Assembly: GCA_043228905.1 (NCBI GenBank) | Contig: JBHGNT010000015.1 | Span: forward strand, 17,174,001-17,238,000 | Source of the DNA: Azolla caroliniana | Taxonomy: Eukaryota; Plantae; Polypodiophyta | DNA: 64,000 nt | Reading direction: 5' to 3' | Shown: piece by piece, positions 12,461-24,462 of the stretch | How positions within the stretch are numbered: the stretch's first letter is position 1 | Layout of the letters: each line of letters opens with the position of its first letter | Notes under the pieces: generated by a model | Told to the model about the DNA's origin: nothing | The model's database searches: none | What the model saw: only the letters and a program-made list of their open reading frames with translations | Program-made: the position numbers and the translations under genes

Positions 12461-14926
12461 TGTCGTGTGATTCTTCACACACTATGTAAAAAAATAATGA
12501 AATAATTTTTTTAGATTAGGGATCCATACGTTTTCATAGTTTGTCTTTGTCGTGCTACCCTTAGCCACTTCCACCTAATGGTTGTCCGCATTGGCTTTGA
12601 CCTTTGTTTCTTCGCCACCACCTTCTCTCTCTTGGGTCTTACATCGGTTAATGCCCAAGTCTCAAGAACCTTTGTGGGGAAAGTCTCTTCATGATCGTCG
12701 TCTACCCTCTTCGGCTTGACGTCATTCTCCATGGCTATTTCCTTAGACTCATGGGCCTCGTACCCATGGACCCTCTTGATCGAGAAAGCCTTGATTATTC
12801 TTCCCTCTTCTTCGCATGTGTTCGTTTCGGCCTTCACTTCCTCGCCGCCACCTTCCGTCTCTTGGGTCTCACATTGGCATTTCGACGCAACTGCCTAAGT
12901 CTCTGGAACAAGTGTGAAGAAAGTCTCGACACGACCATCCGCCATTGACTGGTCCTTAGCCACCTTTGACTCAATGACATTTTTCATGGCTATCTCTTCA
13001 ATCACGTTGGCCTCACACTTTTTATCTCCCTTGATCATGCAAGCTTTGCTCATGCTTACACCTTCATCACTTGATGTTTCAAACACGATGTGTGTTCCAA
13101 AACATTTGTCCTTGCTTGAAGTGACATTTGCCACCCTCGATTCATTGATTTCATTCTTCGTCATTGTTTCTTTGCAAGACGAGAAGGCGCCTTGTTCCAC
13201 ATCTTCTCCCATGGTGCAGTCATACCGAACTTGGGCCTTCGTATTCGTCATATCATTACTCCATGTCTCTTCTTCCTTAATCACCATTTTAATGGGTTTT
13301 GGTTCCATTATAAGATTCTCTTTGGCCTCGACGTGCACCTTTAAATTCTCATGTGCCTCGTTTATGAAGGCCTCTATGTCGAGCATCATCGAACCTTCCC
13401 TCTTCAAGCTCTCTTCTTTAGGTGGTATTTTGTAGTTGCTTCCTGTCCTCCTTTCACCATTCGTCGTGGGTTGTGTTGTTGCCGATGAGAATCTTGTCTT
13501 CCTCTTATCGTGTAGTCAACATTCTCTTTCCACTTTCATCCAATCCTTGGTGAGGCCATTTGCACCATCATCATCCTCAAGTCGGATTCCAATGGCTTTC
13601 CTTTCCTTTTGATCGATTGACTTCACAAACATTAGGACTTTTTCCACCCCCACCAATCTTTGATCCTGCTCCGAGAGTTGTGCAAAGCGACACTCGAACT
13701 CAACGAAAGCATGCATGGCACTTTGATAGGTCTTTAATGATGATACCCATTGGTCGAACTCGTATAGGCTGCATCTCTTCGACTCTTTGTATCTATATGC
13801 CTCCATGAGATATCCTCATGTCGGGTGTCTTCAAGAGCTTCATAATGCATTTTACTACACATGAAACGAATAAATAAGTATCAAGTTATGTGAATATGAA
13901 GTTTGAGAAGATAAGGAAAATAGAATTGTGAAATATTCCACATAGATAGGAAACTTTAGGATCCATCTATATAAGCAAATTGAGAACTATTAGTTTTCAT
14001 CTATGTGTTGAGAGCACGAAAGGAATGTTTGGACTTGGACCAATTTGTCTACATGGACAAATGTGGCTAAGGAACCGGTGACCGGATGGAATCAGCGACC
14101 GGATAGAACCAGCAACAAAGCTGGGAACCGGAAACCGGATGGAGCTGGCGACCGGATAGAGTTGGCAACAAACCAGAAACCGGATAGAGTTGGCAACTAG
14201 AAACCGGAAATTGGCAACCGGACGGAGCCAGCAATCAGCAACTAGACGGCGACAGAACGGAAACTGGACGCAAACCGGACGGAGCCAACAATCGGCAACT
14301 GGCAACCGGATGGAGCCGGCAATCGGCAACCAGACGGCGATGGAACGGAAACTAGACGCGGACCAGACGGATCGGATGGGCAACGGTTGAGATGGACGGA
14401 TGATAGGATCATGCGACGAATTAAAGTAAAGTAAAGTAAAGGTCATGTGGAAGGCATGCAACTAAAAGTAAAGGCGAAGCAACTAAAAATGGGCCATGCA
14501 ACTAAAAATAAAGGCCAAGCAACTATTAATGGAGGCCATGCAACAAAAAGTGGGCATGCAAAGTAACATTGGAGACTATGATCAACAGAGAACTCCATAT
14601 ATATTCCATTTTTTTCTCCACTTTTTCCGCTCTCCATTTTTTTCCTTTTCCTTCTCGGGTCCCTTATCTCACAGAGCCATAACACTCAAAAACCCTAATT
14701 TTCCCTACGGAAGCCTTATTTGTCAAAACCCCTAATTTTTCTTTTCTATTAATCTTAGTAAACCGAAAACTTCTTAATCCCAATCTTGGGACATATTGTA
14801 ATTTTTTCTTCCTTTGCTAATGAAAAATTACTAAATTTTCTCCTTTCTCTTCATTGTTAAAAGTATAAACGCACGAATGTGATATCCTCTGGTCGGAGAC
14901 CCCGGGGTCCTACCTCAAGTTCACGT
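12461..14926 (-). mobile_element. Insertion C1: 2.47-kb non-autonomous gypsy derivative with gag fragment and acidic ORF
   Basis: 4-bp TSD TCGG (12457-12460 and 14927-14930). Removal restores host gag ...ARRGR-FGQG in frame. ORF 13516..13806 is homologous to gag 3022..3774 (FE.RFA.LS..D......VL.FVKS.D..ER..G..LE.DDG...LT.DW..V.R.C). Confidence 0.8.
14070..14560. repeat. Degenerate short tandem repeats inside C1 (ACCGGA-based, then CATGCAACTAAAA-based)
   Basis: Many AACCGGA(T/A/C) units at 14070-14400 and (GCC)ATGCAACTAAAA units at 14455-14560. Confidence 0.8.
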
Positions 14927-15067
14927 TCGGCCTCTTCTTGCATGACCGCGTCCTCTTTCTCCGTCCGAGTGTGAGTAAAGCATGTGGCCTTCCGAGGCGT
15001 TGCTCATTGTTCGAACATGGTTTTCTTCGACCAACAACATGTATTGAAGGTCGAAAAAGGAGGGCGG

Positions 15068-16113
15068 TGTCGTGAAGTACTAAAGCTTCACATTAAAAGT
15101 CTACAATAAGATAAATATGTAATGAAAATAAAATAAACCTTTATAATGTCAATAACATACTATGATAATATTATACATTATATGTAGAGACAAAAATATA
15201 TATATCTATTATATTACATGGACAAAAAAGGACTTGAACTAATAAACCCTACCTTATGACACTCAAAGGTTACCATTTAGCCTATACTAATAATTTACAA
15301 AATAATATATGATTTGAAGTAGTATTTTATAGTCTAAACCATGTAATATAATACATACACACCAACAACCTCAACCTTATGGCGTTCAAACCTTACCATT
15401 TAGCATATACTTATAATGTATATAATAATGTGTCTTGTTTTGATTTGAAGTAGGATTATATGGTTTAAACCATCAAACGTGCTACATGTGCACCATATAG
15501 CACACATGCAAGAGCCTCTCTGCATGTGCGCCACATGGTCCACATGTAGAACCATCTCTTCCCTATAAAAGGAGAAGGAAGTATAGACAAAAGAACCCAA
15601 GAAATAAGATTGAGAGGATTATATTGGATCTAGAGAAAGATATATCATAATAGAGAAAGAGGGAGAGAAAGGTATTTTTAAGAGAAAAGAAGAATTAGCT
15701 TGGTGGTTGTGGTCCTCAACTCGCAACGGAAGGGCGACGATTCGAGTCTTATACTTGTTGAGAGATTGAAGGGAAGACTATGGTCTATTTCTACTATTAA
15801 GAAAGAGGAAGTTGGTTACCTTGCGAGACAAGAATTGAAGGTTCAATGTGACAACGACGCTTGCAACCATTTTGTAACTCTTTCATGAAAATGATTATAA
15901 ATTTCATATATTTTCTCAAATATTATTTTATATCTTATCTTGTCATATCTTATATTCCTTAAAAATCCTATCTTGTCATATCTTATTGATCTCTATTCAC
16001 TCCATCTCTACTCTTTCGTCTCTTCCGTCCATAATCCCAACGATTCCTTCCTCACTTTCACATTATCTTTTGTTTGTGCAACACCACGCTTCTAGGCGAG
16101 CCACGTCATGACA
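15068..16113 (+). mobile_element. Solo LTR C2 (1046 bp) of the TGTCGTGAAG gypsy group
   Basis: TGTCGTGAAG...TCATGACA with a perfect 4-bp TSD GCGG (15064-15067 and 16114-16117). Removal restores host gag ENP-PSFFDLQ in frame. TATA (CCCTATAAAA) at about 15561. Confidence 0.88.
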
Positions 16114-16780
16114 GCGGATTCTCCGGTGCTAGTATGGCAGTCCTCATCGCACCGAACCGTGGTGCAAGGCCGCCGAGGCATATTTGCACCATCTCATCAT
16201 CGTCCACATTGACACTTATCAAGCCAAGCGAGTCCCAAAGCTCCTTGATCTTCAAGGTGTAGCTCGTGATGGACATATCCCTTTGTTAGATGTTGTTCAA
16301 CTCTTGGCGGAGTTGAAGCTTTCTTGCAGTTGTGTTGGCGGCGAAAATCTTTCGTAGTCTCCCACGCTTCCTTTGGCGTCTCGGTTTCTCGAATGTAGCC
16401 GAGCATGTGGTCGTGAACACATGTCACCAACCAATATATCACTCGGCTTGCGACTTGCTCCCATGTTGCGTAGTCTACGTCTTTTGGGTCGGGTCGGTTT
16501 TCTTGTGCTCCTTTGATGTAACCCCAATAGCCTTGGCCGACAAGGTATTGGTGCATCTTGTACTCCCAAGATGCAAAGTTGTTTCGATCTAGCTTCTTAG
16601 TAGGGAGAGCGCTTCCCATTTGAGTATTTATTGTCGATGAAGATTTCTTCCTTCTTTTATGTTCCTTCTCTGTCGAATACGAGCTATGTAATCGCACTAC
16701 AATAGCGATGGACCGGTTCTTCTCGAACATCGGCGTAGAACACAACACACGTGGATGGGCTAGATCGAGCTACGAAACCA

Positions 16781-16791
16781 CTCCGATACCA
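16781..16791 (-). promoter_or_regulatory. PBS (tRNA-iMet) of copia A
   Basis: Reverse strand TGGTATCGGAG abuts the LTR. Confidence 0.85.
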
Positions 16792-17250
16792 TGTAAAGAA
16801 TCGGATATGATTCTTGTGTAGCGGAAGAGGTGTGTGTTATGTGTGAGAGAAAAGAGATGAGAGAAAAGAGATGAGAGAAAAGAAACACAAGATAGATAAG
16901 GTAGAGAAATGAAATACTCAAGAAAAAGAAGATGTATGTTCACATGTAAAATAGCAAATACAAAATATAGCATTACAAGGAGTCACAACCGACTTAATAT
17001 GGAGTAGGAGGAGGGTGCTTTATATAGTCACCCTCTCTATTCATTAACTACAACAACCACTCTCTTGGGGAATGTGGAGACCCATTAGTCATGGGGAATA
17101 TGAAACTCATTAGTTACGTGTCATAGAATATGATTCTATGACACATAGTTAATGTGTAGAGAGTAGTGGTGTGACTCTTTATTTTTGAGTAATCATAGAT
17201 TCTCAAAAGGTGTGTTCACACGTTGCACTATGTTGAGCTTGATTCTCAAC
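16792..17250 (-). repeat. 5' LTR of copia A (terminal base damaged)
   Basis: Homologous to 8464-8910. It ends ...TCTCAAC|T instead of CAACA. Confidence 0.9.
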
Positions 17251-18539
17251 TTATACAAAACAAAAATCTAGCTCAAAATGGTTTCTTATGTTAACAAATA
17301 AGAGTTAATCATCTACTTAATTTCAAGCAATATATATATATATTCAATTTTCAATTAAGTGCATGATCAATCTCCATGTATTAGTTTCCCAGTCAAGCTT
17401 TTATACAAAACAATGTGATGCAATAGGGAAGCATGTATGTAATGGAGTTGAATATCCAAACATGTGATAGATCCGACTTCCTTCTGAAAAACTTCTCGTG
17501 CGGGGCAACCTCATGCACTCCGGATGTTGTGCACCGATTCATTAGGTAGACGGTTGTGTTTGTGGCTTCTGCCTAGTACGACTTCGGCATTAGCTTTTCA
17601 TTAATCATGGCCGTGCTACTTCGAGGATGTGCCGAATTTTTCATTTGGCCACTCCGTTTTGTTGTGGAGTATGTCGACACAAAAACTGTCGCCGAATGCC
17701 TTCTTTCCGTAGAAAAGACGACAATTCGTCGAAGAAGTAATCCTTGCCTCCATCCGACCGAAGACATCATACATGTCAGCCCTTGGCTTTCTTGACTTCA
17801 TTCTTAAATTTTTGGAAGTGTCCGAACACTTCGCTTCTTTGCCGCATGGGGTAGATCCAGGTGTGCTGGGAGAAGTCGTTGATGAAGGCCACATAGTATC
17901 GGCATCCGCCGAATGTAGCCTTCTAAGCCGGACCCCATATATCGGAATGAATTACGTCGAGTACGCCTTTGCTCACGTTCCGCTCCTTCAGAAATGGGTG
18001 CTGATGTTGTTTGCCGAATTGGCAAGCGGCACACACGCCTTCAATCTCTTTTTCCTTGAATGTAGGGAGCCCAATGACGACTCTTTTCGATTGCATTGCC
18101 TTGAGCTTTTGGAGGTTGATATGGCCAATCCGCTTGTGCCATAACTCTATGTTGGAATCGGCTTTCGTGCCCTTTGCGAACATGGACGATTTGATCTCGT
18201 GCGAGTCGAGAATGAACATTCGGCCACGAGTAATGAGTCAGCCCTCTTTTTGGATGAAGCAACCGCCTTGATTAAATCGTACTTGCATCCCTTGCTCAAC
18301 AATTTGGCCGACGAAGACCAAATTCTTTGTAATGGTTGGTACATGCAAGACATTCTTAATAAAAGTTTGGTTACCTTCTTTTCTGAATGGAACATTGCCG
18401 ATGTGCCGAATCGGATGAGTAGTGTCATCTCTGGTTTCAACATTGTCGGGTCGTTCCGATGCTCGAAGTTCTCGAAACCATTCTTGATGAGACGTCATAT
18501 GGTTCGAGGCACCGGAGTCGAAAAACCATACGTCTTCTG

Positions 18540-19155
18540 TGTTGAGAAACGAATCGTCAATACACAAGAACAAGAATATGTTGAAATACACAACTCTGAA
18601 ACACAGAAAACAGTGTACACAAATTTAATGTGGAAAACCCTAAAACGTGAGAAAACCACGGAGAACGAATCTTCACTATATAGTGTATATACAAAACCAA
18701 GATCAGAGTACACCACTCTCTACACATCGTGTAAATAGCCTCGCAGGATCTTGGCGTATGCTGTTTCTAAAGCACAGTTATGGCGTCGCTCCCACACACA
18801 CTCTTCTCTCTAACGCTACAGAGGTTCACCCATATATATATCTTAATGTTTTGTTTGCCCTAGGTGTATTTATACTAATACATAGAATGGGCTATTTACA
18901 ATCATGGCCATTATTATTATCCAATAATAATAATAATAGTCTTACTAATCAGCCGACTCATTCGTCGACTGTCAGGTCGGTCTAACTAGTCGGCCTGCTC
19001 ATCCACCATCCGGTCGACCTGACTAGCCAATCGTGTTTTTGACCTTGATCAACTCTCTCTGAGTCAACTCCTCAACCGTCGGTTGTTCCCTGTCTTTGAC
19101 TATCGGCTCTCTTCGAGCAGTTGGCTACTCCCACTGTAGGGACATATTCCTAACA
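18540..19155 (-). mobile_element. Solo LTR B, duplicated copy
   Basis: 11508-12123 shifted by +7032. Confidence 0.88.
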
Positions 19156-19492
19156 TTCCGTACCGGAGGAACTAGTTGAAGTAGAAGCCGATATAGAATT
19201 TGCTCTATGTCTCATCACAAACATTCCGCCACGATCGTCATAGTCGGAGTTGGTGGCGTAATTCGTGAGTTGTCGGCTAGTGGAAGCCGACTCACACATC
19301 TTCTTACGCCACTCTTCTTCGTGGTGACCTATTTTTCTGCAATATCTGCATTCGACCAAGTTTTGTCGACTCCAACCAGAATGGAAGCTCCCCCTTCTTC
19401 CGAAGGTTCCTCGATGGCTTCCGTGTTGATGCCGAAATTGCGAGTTGTTTTCGTAAGTCGGGCCTCGTCCGCCTCATCCTTGGCCGAATCGG

Positions 19493-21958
19493 TGTCGTGT
19501 GATTCTTCACACACTATGTAAAAAAATAATGAAATAATTTTTTTAGATTAGGGATCCATACGTTTTCATAGTTTGTCTTTGTCGTGCTACCCTTAGCCAC
19601 TTCCACCTAATGGTTGTCCGCATTGGCTTTGACCTTTGTTTCTTCGCCACCACCTTCTCTCTCTTGGGTCTTACATCGGTTAATGCCCAAGTCTCAAGAA
19701 CCTTTGTGGGGAAAGTCTCTTCATGATCGTCGTCTACCCTCTTCGGCTTGACGTCATTCTCCATGGCTATTTCCTTAGACTCATGGGCCTCGTACCCATG
19801 GACCCTCTTGATCGAGAAAGCCTTGATTATTCTTCCCTCTTCTTCGCATGTGTTCGTTTCGGCCTTCACTTCCTCGCCGCCACCTTCCGTCTCTTGGGTC
19901 TCACATTGGCATTTCGACGCAACTGCCTAAGTCTCTGGAACAAGTGTGAAGAAAGTCTCGACACGACCATCCGCCATTGACTGGTCCTTAGCCACCTTTG
20001 ACTCAATGACATTTTTCATGGCTATCTCTTCAATCACGTTGGCCTCACACTTTTTATCTCCCTTGATCATGCAAGCTTTGCTCATGCTTACACCTTCATC
20101 ACTTGATGTTTCAAACACGATGTGTGTTCCAAAACATTTGTCCTTGCTTGAAGTGACATTTGCCACCCTCGATTCATTGATTTCATTCTTCGTCATTGTT
20201 TCTTTGCAAGACGAGAAGGCGCCTTGTTCCACATCTTCTCCCATGGTGCAGTCATACCGAACTTGGGCCTTCGTATTCGTCATATCATTACTCCATGTCT
20301 CTTCTTCCTTAATCACCATTTTAATGGGTTTTGGTTCCATTATAAGATTCTCTTTGGCCTCGACGTGCACCTTTAAATTCTCATGTGCCTCGTTTATGAA
20401 GGCCTCTATGTCGAGCATCATCGAACCTTCCCTCTTCAAGCTCTCTTCTTTAGGTGGTATTTTGTAGTTGCTTCCTGTCCTCCTTTCACCATTCGTCGTG
20501 GGTTGTGTTGTTGCCGATGAGAATCTTGTCTTCCTCTTATCGTGTAGTCAACATTCTCTTTCCACTTTCATCCAATCCTTGGTGAGGCCATTTGCACCAT
20601 CATCATCCTCAAGTCGGATTCCAATGGCTTTCCTTTCCTTTTGATCGATTGACTTCACAAACATTAGGACTTTTTCCACCCCCACCAATCTTTGATCCTG
20701 CTCCGAGAGTTGTGCAAAGCGACACTCGAACTCAACGAAAGCATGCATGGCACTTTGATAGGTCTTTAATGATGATACCCATTGGTCGAACTCGTATAGG
20801 CTGCATCTCTTCGACTCTTTGTATCTATATGCCTCCATGAGATATCCTCATGTCGGGTGTCTTCAAGAGCTTCATAATGCATTTTACTACACATGAAACG
20901 AATAAATAAGTATCAAGTTATGTGAATATGAAGTTTGAGAAGATAAGGAAAATAGAATTGTGAAATATTCCACATAGATAGGAAACTTTAGGATCCATCT
21001 ATATAAGCAAATTGAGAACTATTAGTTTTCATCTATGTGTTGAGAGCACGAAAGGAATGTTTGGACTTGGACCAATTTGTCTACATGGACAAATGTGGCT
21101 AAGGAACCGGTGACCGGATGGAATCAGCGACCGGATAGAACCAGCAACAAAGCTGGGAACCGGAAACCGGATGGAGCTGGCGACCGGATAGAGTTGGCAA
21201 CAAACCAGAAACCGGATAGAGTTGGCAACTAGAAACCGGAAATTGGCAACCGGACGGAGCCAGCAATCAGCAACTAGACGGCGACAGAACGGAAACTGGA
21301 CGCAAACCGGACGGAGCCAACAATCGGCAACTGGCAACCGGATGGAGCCGGCAATCGGCAACCAGACGGCGATGGAACGGAAACTAGACGCGGACCAGAC
21401 GGATCGGATGGGCAACGGTTGAGATGGACGGATGATAGGATCATGCGACGAATTAAAGTAAAGTAAAGTAAAGGTCATGTGGAAGGCATGCAACTAAAAG
21501 TAAAGGCGAAGCAACTAAAAATGGGCCATGCAACTAAAAATAAAGGCCAAGCAACTATTAATGGAGGCCATGCAACAAAAAGTGGGCATGCAAAGTAACA
21601 TTGGAGACTATGATCAACAGAGAACTCCATATATATTCCATTTTTTTCTCCACTTTTTCCGCTCTCCATTTTTTTCCTTTTCCTTCTCGGGTCCCTTATC
21701 TCACAGAGCCATAACACTCAAAAACCCTAATTTTCCCTACGGAAGCCTTATTTGTCAAAACCCCTAATTTTTCTTTTCTATTAATCTTAGTAAACCGAAA
21801 ACTTCTTAATCCCAATCTTGGGACATATTGTAATTTTTTCTTCCTTTGCTAATGAAAAATTACTAAATTTTCTCCTTTCTCTTCATTGTTAAAAGTATAA
21901 ACGCACGAATGTGATATCCTCTGGTCGGAGACCCCGGGGTCCTACCTCAAGTTCACGT
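19493..21958 (-). mobile_element. Insertion C1, duplicated copy
   Basis: 12461-14926 shifted by +7032. Confidence 0.8.
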
Positions 21959-22099
21959 TCGGCCTCTTCTTGCATGACCGCGTCCTCTTTCTCCGTCCGA
22001 GTGTGAGTAAAGCATGTGGCCTTCCGAGGCGTTGCTCATTGTTCGAACATGGTTTTCTTCGACCAACAACATGTATTGAAGGTCGAAAAAGGAGGGCGG

Positions 22100-23145
22100 T
22101 GTCGTGAAGTACTAAAGCTTCACATTAAAAGTCTACAATAAGATAAATATGTAATGAAAATAAAATAAACCTTTATAATGTCAATAACATACTATGATAA
22201 TATTATACATTATATGTAGAGACAAAAATATATATATCTATTATATTACATGGACAAAAAAGGACTTGAACTAATAAACCCTACCTTATGACACTCAAAG
22301 GTTACCATTTAGCCTATACTAATAATTTACAAAATAATATATGATTTGAAGTAGTATTTTATAGTCTAAACCATGTAATATAATACATACACACCAACAA
22401 CCTCAACCTTATGGCGTTCAAACCTTACCATTTAGCATATACTTATAATGTATATAATAATGTGTCTTGTTTTGATTTGAAGTAGGATTATATGGTTTAA
22501 ACCATCAAACGTGCTACATGTGCACCATATAGCACACATGCAAGAGCCTCTCTGCATGTGCGCCACATGGTCCACATGTAGAACCATCTCTTCCCTATAA
22601 AAGGAGAAGGAAGTATAGACAAAAGAACCCAAGAAATAAGATTGAGAGGATTATATTGGATCTAGAGAAAGATATATCATAATAGAGAAAGAGGGAGAGA
22701 AAGGTATTTTTAAGAGAAAAGAAGAATTAGCTTGGTGGTTGTGGTCCTCAACTCGCAACGGAAGGGCGACGATTCGAGTCTTATACTTGTTGAGAGATTG
22801 AAGGGAAGACTATGGTCTATTTCTACTATTAAGAAAGAGGAAGTTGGTTACCTTGCGAGACAAGAATTGAAGGTTCAATGTGACAACGACGCTTGCAACC
22901 ATTTTGTAACTCTTTCATGAAAATGATTATAAATTTCATATATTTTCTCAAATATTATTTTATATCTTATCTTGTCATATCTTATATTCCTTAAAAATCC
23001 TATCTTGTCATATCTTATTGATCTCTATTCACTCCATCTCTACTCTTTCGTCTCTTCCGTCCATAATCCCAACGATTCCTTCCTCACTTTCACATTATCT
23101 TTTGTTTGTGCAACACCACGCTTCTAGGCGAGCCACGTCATGACA
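22100..23145 (+). mobile_element. Solo LTR C2, duplicated copy
   Basis: 15068-16113 shifted by +7032. Confidence 0.88.
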
Positions 23146-23823
23146 GCGGATTCTCCGGTGCTAGTATGGCAGTCCTCATCGCACCGAACCGTGGTGCAAG
23201 GCCGCCGAGGCATATTTGCACCATCTCATCATCGTCCACATTGACACTTATCAAGCCAAGCGAGTCCCAAAGCTCCTTGATCTTCAAGGTGTAGCTCGTG
23301 ATGGACATATCCCTTTGTTAGATGTTGTTCAACTCTTGGCGGAGTTGAAGCTTTCTTGCAGTTGTGTTGGCGGCGAAAATCTTTCGTAGTCTCCCACGCT
23401 TCCTTTGGCGTCTCGGTTTCTCGAATGTAGCCGAGCATGTGGTCGTGAACACATGTCACCAACCAATATATCACTCGGCTTGCGACTTGCTCCCATGTTG
23501 CGTAGTCTACGTCTTTTGGGTCGGGTCGGTTTTCTTGTGCTCCTTTGATGTAACCCCAATAGCCTTGGCCGACAAGGTATTGGTGCATCTTGTACTCCCA
23601 AGATGCAAAGTTGTTTCGATCTAGCTTCTTAGTAGGGAGAGCGCTTCCCATTTGAGTATTTATTGTCGATGAAGATTTCTTCCTTCTTTTATGTTCCTTC
23701 TCTGTCGAATACGAGCTATGTAATCGCACTACAATAGCGATGGACCGGTTCTTCTCGAACATCGGCGTAGAACACAACACACGTGGATGGGCTAGATCGA
23801 GCTACGAAACCACTCCGATACCA

Positions 23824-24282
23824 TGTAAAGAATCGGATATGATTCTTGTGTAGCGGAAGAGGTGTGTGTTATGTGTGAGAGAAAAGAGATGAGAGAAAAG
23901 AGATGAGAGAAAAGAAACACAAGATAGATAAGGTAGAGAAATGAAATACTCAAGAAAAAGAAGATGTATGTTCACATGTAAAATAGCAAATACAAAATAT
24001 AGCATTACAAGGAGTCACAACCGACTTAATATGGAGTAGGAGGAGGGTGCTTTATATAGTCACCCTCTCTATTCATTAACTACAACAACCACTCTCTTGG
24101 GGAATGTGGAGACCCATTAGTCATGGGGAATATGAAACTCATTAGTTACGTGTCATAGAATATGATTCTATGACACATAGTTAATGTGTAGAGAGTAGTG
24201 GTGTGACTCTTTATTTTTGAGTAATCATAGATTCTCAAAAGGTGTGTTCACACGTTGCACTATGTTGAGCTTGATTCTCAAC
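23824..24282 (-). repeat. 5' LTR of copia A, duplicated copy
   Basis: 16792-17250 shifted by +7032. Confidence 0.9.
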
Positions 24283-24462
24283 TTATACAAAACAAAAATC
24301 TAGCTCAAAATGGTTTCTTATGTTAACAAATAAGAGTTAATCATCTACTTAATTTCAAGCAATATATATATATATTCAATTTTCAATTAAGTGCATGATC
24401 AATCTCCATGTATTAGTTTCCCAGTCAAGCTTTTATACAAAACAATGTGATGCAATAGGGAA

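Larger units (their letters stand above)
8464..17250 (-). mobile_element. Ty1/copia element A (decayed; RNase H deleted; three nested insertions)
   Basis: LTRs at 8464-8910 and 16792-17250, iMet PBS at 16781-16791, PPT at 8911-8927. Gag MGSALPTKKLDRNNFASWEYKM, CCHC-like knuckle at ~12.3 kb, protease VWFFDSGASNHM, integrase HxxxxH/CxxC and KLDPKSEKCI, RT fragments (YVDD) at 9.2-9.8 kb. Confidence 0.92.

Noticed and set aside
14070-14560. Regularly recurring short repeats resembling a CRISPR-like array
   Set aside because: Eukaryotic context, degenerate units, no constant repeat with unique spacers. Typical LTR U3 repeats.
15054-15067. AAAAAGGAGGGCGG before TGTCGTGAAG looked like a polypurine tract, implying a 3' LTR of a plus-strand element
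   Set aside because: It is the reverse complement of host gag codons (PPSFF), and GCGG is duplicated on the other side, so C2 is a solo LTR.
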